Source: an uncultured archaeon (GTDB lineage: Archaea > Thermoplasmatota > Penumbrarchaeia > JASLWR01). From it: a DNA stretch of 64,000 nucleotides. Below, piece by piece: positions 58,581 to 64,000 of this stretch. Positions within the stretch are counted from its first letter, which is position 1. The number at the start of each line of letters is the position of its first letter. Made by a program: the position numbers and the translations under genes. The notes beneath the pieces are model-generated. The model was not told the origin of the DNA. It was given only the letters and a program-made list of their open reading frames with translations, and did not search any database. The stretch spans positions 82,948-146,947 of the forward strand of contig CAYSHM010000005.1 of assembly GCA_964430885.1 (NCBI GenBank), in the 5' to 3' direction.

Positions 58581-59849
58581 ATGTACAAATCAATTATACC
58601 CGAAAGATTCAAGAAAAGGGCCGATTATGCTTTGGATCATCTATTCTCCTACTTCGAAATACCCTATGAAAATTTCGAATTCATATACGGCTCAAAGGGT
58701 AAATACCCAATATCATTCATGGAGTACCATGAAGAAGAATACGAACTTCTGGAAAAAGGTGTTGCTCCGAAGATAGTATGGTATGAAAAGATGCCGTTTT
58801 TTTTCCTTAAAGACCCATCCAGTAAGGATATTGTCCTCTCGACCTTCATTCTGCTGTCAGGTTATCAGGAACATACCACTGATAAAAGGGATAAACATGG
58901 ACGCTACCCCTATTCCGAAAGCCTGCAATCCAGGGGTGATTTCGTTTTAAGGCCTATCATTCAGGAATATGCCGTTCACATCCTAGAACAATTAGAAATA
59001 ATGGGACTCAAAGGCATTAGGATCAATGATGAATATAAGAAAAATAACATCATTTTGAGCCATGATATAGATACTCTGAATCAGTGGAAGAACAATAAGG
59101 ATGCCCTGGGAAGAATATGGGACCTTATCACCAGACGGGTGAAATACAACTGGGGCGCCTTCAGGCAGGTTTTGATATACCTTCTCAGGAAGCGGGATCC
59201 AAACGATACCATCAATAGAATTATGAAAATGGAAAAAAAGTATTATAAAAATTCCATATTTTTCTTCCTGACAGAGTTCAGGAGCAAATACGATGGTGAT
59301 TATGAAGGGAATTATCCCAAACTGTACTCAAGAATGAAAGGGATCATGAAGGACGGGTTTCAGATAGGTCTTCACGGATCTTATAACTCATGGAAGAACG
59401 GAGGCATGCTGAAAAAGGAAAGATTAAGATTGGGGAAAAATATCGCAAGGGATATCACATCCATAAGGCAGCATTATCTAAGGGTGCACCGGTCCACCAC
59501 TGGAAATCAGGCTGAAGCAGGATTCAAATTCGATTATTCACATGGATTCCCTGAGATGAGCGGTTTCCGAAATGGGACGTGCAGGCCATTCCATGCTTGG
59601 GACTGGGCGGCTGATTCTGCATCCAGTATTACTGCTATTCCTTTGATAGTAATGGACCGAACGTTCATAGGATATCAGAATAAGATGAAAGAAGAAGCTT
59701 TTCCAATCATAACCAAGCTTATTGACACGGTAAAGGGGCACAAAGGACAGTGTTCCATCCTTTGGCATAATGATGTTTTCAACAGAGTAAAGCATCCTGG
59801 CTGGGATAAATTGTATGAGAAAGTCCTCAAATATATTAGAGAATATTGA
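58581..59849 (+). CDS. Hypothetical protein, possibly polysaccharide deacetylase-like (ILSHDIDT / GLHGSY candidate metal-binding motifs)
   Basis: 422 aa. Starts 4 nt after the previous stop. No confident family call. Confidence 0.35.
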   Translation: MYKSIIPERFKKRADYALDHLFSYFEIPYENFEFIYGSKGKYPISFMEYHEEEYELLEKGVAPKIVWYEKMPFFFLKDPSSKDIVLSTFILLSGYQEHTTDKRDKHGRYPYSESLQSRGDFVLRPIIQEYAVHILEQLEIMGLKGIRINDEYKKNNIILSHDIDTLNQWKNNKDALGRIWDLITRRVKYNWGAFRQVLIYLLRKRDPNDTINRIMKMEKKYYKNSIFFFLTEFRSKYDGDYEGNYPKLYSRMKGIMKDGFQIGLHGSYNSWKNGGMLKKERLRLGKNIARDITSIRQHYLRVHRSTTGNQAEAGFKFDYSHGFPEMSGFRNGTCRPFHAWDWAADSASSITAIPLIVMDRTFIGYQNKMKEEAFPIITKLIDTVKGHKGQCSILWHNDVFNRVKHPGWDKLYEKVLKYIREY

Positions 59850-59875
59850 TATTCAAACTGTTTAATTCCCGGTTT

Positions 59876-61408
59876 TCATCTCAGTTCCTTTTTAATATAA
59901 CGGGTCATCTCCCTGGGGTTTATTATTCCCCAGATATATTTCACCTCGTTCTTACCGAATTCCCTGAAGATGAACATCAAGGCGAAATATATGACCGCTC
60001 CCACAATAGAATATCCTATCAGATCATAGAAACGGTCGATAGCCCAGTAGGGAGCCAGGGCATATTTCATAACTACAGCCATTATGAATGCCCCCAGTGC
60101 ATTCAGAACTATCCTCCAGCTCCCTTTAGAACCGGATATGAACTTATAAACAACAATTCGGAGAGCAATGTAATAGATTACCGTCGACAAAAGTGTGCCA
60201 ATGGCCGCTCCTTTTGCTCCCCAACCTAAAAGCGTGATACCCATAACGCTAGGGGCTATGAAGATCAGATTGAACAATATGTTCAAACCAAACCGGGGGA
60301 TTCCCAGTGCCGCAGTGAGCTTGGGTCTGTTAGTACCAGACAACTGAGGGCCGTATGGTATACTTAGAACCTGGAACATAACAAATATCCCGAATATGGC
60401 CAAAATGGGAGCGGAATCCATTGCTTTGGGCCCCAGCATTATCTTGACAACTCCCTCGGGAAAGAATACCACAAACATACAAATTGGCAGGATGAAGAGG
60501 GAAATGTATTTCTCCGCCATTTTGGTTAGGAACTGGATCTGTTTATAGTTCTTCTCTTTATGGAATTTTGAGATCGTGGGTAGTACAAGGGTTCTAACTG
60601 CCACTCCGAAGGTGGTGATAAATACTGTTATCTGGTAGGCTGCAAAATAGATACCCACATCTTCCGAGGACCAGAATAACTGGATCATGACCCTGTCAGT
60701 GGTTACCGCCAACATTCCGGCCAGAGTAAAGAATAATAAAGGCAGTGAGAATTTGATATAGTCCTTTGACATTGCCCAGGTAGGTCTTTTCACCTTATAA
60801 TCCTTGAAAAAAAGAACTGCGCAACTGATGATATAAGCAATATTGCTCATATTCCACGCCATCGCCAGGGCCATTGGGCCCATATTCAATCCCACAATGA
60901 CGAGAACAGTGGCAAGTTTTGCAATTGTCGAGAGAAGCATGCAAAGCTGAACCTTAGCTATCTCCTTTTTACCCTGAAAGGTAGAAATGAATACGCTGAT
61001 GTAGGAACCCAATACAAAATTCAGCAATAGGAGATAAATTACATATTTGTGCTGTGGCGATTCAAAACCGTATCCTAGGAGGAATTCCCAGCCGAAGAGC
61101 ACTGAAATAACCACCACCAGATACAGAGGCGTTAATACGCTTTTAATTGCTAGATAGGTTCCAACGCATTTTCCAATGTCCCGGCCTTCAGAAATCCTTT
61201 TAATATGTACAGTATTGGTTCCAGGAGTTAGAATTATCATGAACATGCCTAAAAAACCCAGGGCGAAGGAAACAATACCGTAGTCATGAGCCGGATTTTC
61301 CATATTTTGAAATATCAAATAGAGTATGAACCACCCCATTGCACCCCCTAGAAAATTATTGGCTACTATTAGTAAAGTTTTCCTGCCTAATGAGTTCTTA
61401 TCCGCCAA
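59876..61408 (-). CDS. Wzx-like oligo/polysaccharide flippase (MOP/MATE-like superfamily)
   Basis: 510 aa, about 12-14 TM helices in an arrangement typical of polysaccharide biosynthesis / flippase proteins. TTG start. Confidence 0.65.
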   Translation of the reverse strand: MADKNSLGRKTLLIVANNFLGGAMGWFILYLIFQNMENPAHDYGIVSFALGFLGMFMIILTPGTNTVHIKRISEGRDIGKCVGTYLAIKSVLTPLYLVVVISVLFGWEFLLGYGFESPQHKYVIYLLLLNFVLGSYISVFISTFQGKKEIAKVQLCMLLSTIAKLATVLVIVGLNMGPMALAMAWNMSNIAYIISCAVLFFKDYKVKRPTWAMSKDYIKFSLPLLFFTLAGMLAVTTDRVMIQLFWSSEDVGIYFAAYQITVFITTFGVAVRTLVLPTISKFHKEKNYKQIQFLTKMAEKYISLFILPICMFVVFFPEGVVKIMLGPKAMDSAPILAIFGIFVMFQVLSIPYGPQLSGTNRPKLTAALGIPRFGLNILFNLIFIAPSVMGITLLGWGAKGAAIGTLLSTVIYYIALRIVVYKFISGSKGSWRIVLNALGAFIMAVVMKYALAPYWAIDRFYDLIGYSIVGAVIYFALMFIFREFGKNEVKYIWGIINPREMTRYIKKELR

Positions 61409-61719
61409 AAGCGGCCACCGTCCTAATGATTTATTATATTTTCAGTGAATCCATTCATTCATTGTATACTTATCTTCAACCAGAAACGGATGAGTTCCTT
61501 CTTTACAATAAAACAAAGATATAAAATGTACCATTGTAATTTAAACCCCCTTGTAAAAACAATAATCACCAGATTTTACCTGAACTAAATACTGAAAAAT
61601 CATAGATTAACGCTAATATGCAGGAAGAGGTGCTTCTACATAATTTAAATAAATCACCCTAAAAAAGTAATATTCCTATTCACCTTTATGTCTGAAAAAA
61701 TCTTAGAGGTATGCTTCAG

Positions 61720-62820
61720 ATGGGAACCATAAGGGAAGAGATAGATAGACTTGAGGAAGAGGTGCGGGGGACAAAGTACAACAAGGCTACCCAGCACCAC
61801 ATTGGCAAAATTAAAGCCAAAATTGCCAAATTAAGGGAAAAAATGGAGGCATGTTCAGGCGGCGGTGGCGGCGGTGGTGGATACGAGGTTAAGAAAAGCG
61901 GTAATGCTACCGTATCTCTCGTAGGGTTCCCTTCCGTGGGAAAGTCTACCCTTCTTAATAAAATCACAGATGCTGACAGCGAGGTAGGTCAGTACGCGTT
62001 CACCACACTAGAAGTGATTCCAGGTATGATGGAATACAAACAAGCTGAAATACAGATCTTAGATCTGCCGGGATTGATCAAAGGCGCCTCCAGGGGGAAG
62101 GGAAAAGGAAAAAGGGTTATTGCTGCTGCCAGAGCATCCGATCTGGTATGCCTTCTTATAGACGTGTTCTACTCTAAACTTGAGGTTCTATTAAGGGAAC
62201 TTTTCTATTCCAAGATTAGACTGAATGAGAAGCGACCGGATATTCAGATAATCAAGGAGAATTACGGCGGGATCAATGTTGCCTTCACATGCGACCAGAG
62301 TCATGTGAACGAGGAAATGATAAAGGATATGATCCGGTCATACGGTTTCGTGAACGCACATGTTATAATAAGGAGCGACATTCGGCAGTACCAGCTAATT
62401 GATGTCTTAACCCAGGGTGTCAAATACCTGCCTGCGTTTCTAATAATTAACAAGAGCGATCTAGTGAGCAGAGAACATTCACTGAAGATCAAGAGGAAAT
62501 ATGCTCATTTCAATCCAATTATTCTTTCACTAAAGGAAGAAAAAGGTATTGGCAAAGTCAAAGAAGCTATCTTCAACAAACTCCATTTGATCCGAATATA
62601 CATGAAACCCCAGGGCGGAAAAGCTGACATGGATGAACCGCTGGTGATAAAGAACGGATCGGATATCGAAGCTGTTTGCAACACAATTCACCGAGATTTT
62701 GTGGATAAATTCCGCTATGCCAGGATCTGGGGGCCAAGCAGTAAATTCCCAGGACAGAAAGTAGGTCTGGAACATAAGTTAATGGACGAGGATATCGTTA
62801 CAATAATAATTCAAAAATAA
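61720..62820 (+). CDS. Developmentally-regulated GTP-binding protein (DRG; Obg-family GTPase with C-terminal TGS domain), archaeal/eukaryotic type
   Basis: VSLVGFPSVGKSTLLNKIT (G1), FTTLEVIPG, LDLPGLIKGASRGKGKGKRVIAAARASDLVCLLIDV. This closely parallels DRG1 (VGFVGFPSVGKSTLLS...FTTLTTVPG...[26 protein letters not shown]). Carries an N-terminal G8 glycine tract. Confidence 0.8.
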   Translation: MGTIREEIDRLEEEVRGTKYNKATQHHIGKIKAKIAKLREKMEACSGGGGGGGGYEVKKSGNATVSLVGFPSVGKSTLLNKITDADSEVGQYAFTTLEVIPGMMEYKQAEIQILDLPGLIKGASRGKGKGKRVIAAARASDLVCLLIDVFYSKLEVLLRELFYSKIRLNEKRPDIQIIKENYGGINVAFTCDQSHVNEEMIKDMIRSYGFVNAHVIIRSDIRQYQLIDVLTQGVKYLPAFLIINKSDLVSREHSLKIKRKYAHFNPIILSLKEEKGIGKVKEAIFNKLHLIRIYMKPQGGKADMDEPLVIKNGSDIEAVCNTIHRDFVDKFRYARIWGPSSKFPGQKVGLEHKLMDEDIVTIIIQK

Positions 62821-62876
62821 TTTTATTAATAATAAATTTTCAATATGAACAGGATCTAAAGGGAGAACTAGATCAC

Positions 62877-63548
62877 ATGGGTTACGCTGAATTCTTCGAG
62901 AGTACAGTCCTTGATGCTTTCAGATTTTTAATGGAGGATTTCGCATTCAAACATTCAGGGACAAAGAAGTACCAAAGAGAAACCAATGTCAGTTTCAGGA
63001 ACCAATATGCCGAGGTATGCGTGCACGAGGAAGCAGGATGCAGACCGTGGGTTGTTCTGGGACGTATGGAGGATGAAAGAGTAATTGAATCCCATGGACT
63101 TTACTCACTTGTAAGGCTCCGATGTCCAGATAAAAAATCCTATCTCAAGAGTGAATCAGAATACGGGACCCCTGAACGTGAAGAGCTAGTCAAGATTATC
63201 AAGCTCAAGGCAAAACTGCTGAGGGAAAACGGAAAAGATATTATGACTGGTGATTTTTCAGTATTTCCGGAATTGAAACGGATAGAAGCCATTCGTATGA
63301 GAGAAGATAACAAGAAGAATTTCGGCACATCAACAGGCGAAAGTTCACGGTTCGATCATAGACCCAGCCTGAAAGAGCTGTTCCGAGATGTAAAGAATCC
63401 AGGTATCGCGGAAGCTAGGGTCTACCAGGCCTATTGGGATTACGATTACGATATCAAAACCATATCAGAATTTCTGTCAGAAAAACCAAGTGCAGTTAAA
63501 AAAATGCTCGCTCACTGGGACGGATTAGAAGATCCAATTCTTAGATGA
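62877..63548 (+). CDS. Hypothetical protein (223 aa)
   Basis: ORF with an AAGGGAG SD upstream. No recognisable motifs. Confidence 0.4.
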   Translation: MGYAEFFESTVLDAFRFLMEDFAFKHSGTKKYQRETNVSFRNQYAEVCVHEEAGCRPWVVLGRMEDERVIESHGLYSLVRLRCPDKKSYLKSESEYGTPEREELVKIIKLKAKLLRENGKDIMTGDFSVFPELKRIEAIRMREDNKKNFGTSTGESSRFDHRPSLKELFRDVKNPGIAEARVYQAYWDYDYDIKTISEFLSEKPSAVKKMLAHWDGLEDPILR

Positions 63549-63614
63549 CATATTTGAAGAAACAGTTGCAGGTCGAAATCTGTAGTGAAGTTACTATTAG
63601 AGCCATCAAATAGA

Positions 63615-64000
63615 CTATCCGTTCATGAAATGATCTATCCGGGTAAAGGCTTCATCAAGAATATCCTCAGGAGGCAGATAGACAACACGGAAATGGCCCT
63701 TTCCGTACTGGGGGCAAAACCCAGAGCCATGCACAGTCAGGACATGGCAATTCTCAAGGATATCAAGAACAAACCTTTCATCGTCCTGGAACCGCGGGTC
63801 CTCTATCTTCGGGAACATATAGAAAGCTCCACCCGGCAGTCTGGTGGAGAGACCATCGATCTCATTTATTCTTTTATAGGCAAAATCCCTTCTTTTTTTA
63901 AGTTTGGAATTCAATGATCTCAAGTATTCAGTATTGTCATTCTCAAAGGCGGCCTGAAGCCCGTACTGGGTCGGCAGGTTGGAGCACAATCTGGCCCTGG
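63615..64000 (-). CDS. PLP-dependent aminotransferase class I/II, C-terminal part (gene runs off the window end; 5' end missing)
   Basis: C-terminal LPGGAFYMFPKI...HVLTVHGSGFCPQYGKGHFRVVYLPPEDILDEAF pattern typical of aspartate/alanine aminotransferases. ORF remains open to position 64000. Confidence 0.7.
   Translation of the reverse strand, partial: RARLCSNLPTQYGLQAAFENDNTEYLRSLNSKLKKRRDFAYKRINEIDGLSTRLPGGAFYMFPKIEDPRFQDDERFVLDILENCHVLTVHGSGFCPQYGKGHFRVVYLPPEDILDEAFTRIDHFMNG

Noticed and set aside
63585-63917. 110-aa plus-strand ORF at the window end
   Set aside because: It overlaps the C-terminal region of the conserved aminotransferase on the minus strand, and I could assign it to no family.
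1-64000. Searched by eye for tRNA/rRNA genes, CRISPR repeat-spacer arrays, IS elements and integrase genes in all intergenic regions over 100 bp (e.g. 25350-25925, 35471-35728, 45305-45549, 61409-61710)
   Set aside because: No GC-rich cloverleaf-like segments, no regularly spaced direct repeats and no transposase or integrase-like ORFs were found. The intergenic DNA is uniformly AT-rich promoter- or terminator-like sequence.

Overview
The window is AT-rich and gene-dense, with no rRNA, tRNA, CRISPR array or transposase recognisable by eye. It looks like an archaeon, probably in the Thermoplasmatota / marine-group-II part of the tree. Support for that is a DRG-type Obg GTPase, a KEOPS Pcc1-like gene, a UPF0210 protein, iorAB, frequent GTG/TTG starts preceded by GGTGA/GGAGG Shine-Dalgarno motifs, and oligo-T terminators. 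Housekeeping genes: an aryl-acid module (paaK-iorA-iorB with an ATGA start/stop overlap), a GlnA-like glutamine synthetase, nadC, a CPA2 K+/H+ antiporter with an RCK domain, grpE-dnaJ with no dnaK between them, a DRG GTPase, and a partial aminotransferase at the 3' edge. The rest is dominated by very large accessory genes. Three are secreted type-I surface proteins with C-terminal anchors: a lamin-tail-domain + phospholipase-D (two HKD motifs) + Fn3-like protein, a cadherin-like protein, and a Kelch propeller + LamG + Fn3-like protein whose cytoplasmic tail is proline-rich and ends in a zinc ribbon. There is a 2314-aa cytoplasmic protein made of roughly 20 or more degenerate ~95-aa helical repeats with a TTG start. 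There is an L-lactate-permease-family transporter carrying a ~230-aa hyper-charged insertion encoded partly by perfect 36-bp tandem repeats. Most striking is a 3044-aa type-I PKS / PUFA-synthase-like megasynthase (carrier-KS-AT-KS-carrier x3-KR-DH) in which all four carrier domains have Thr in place of the phosphopantetheinyl-Ser (DLGIDT instead of DLGIDS). A visibly more AT-rich glycan-assembly island (GT4 glycosyltransferases, a hexapeptide acyltransferase, a sulfotransferase-like protein, a Wzx-type flippase) sits next to the Kelch surface protein.
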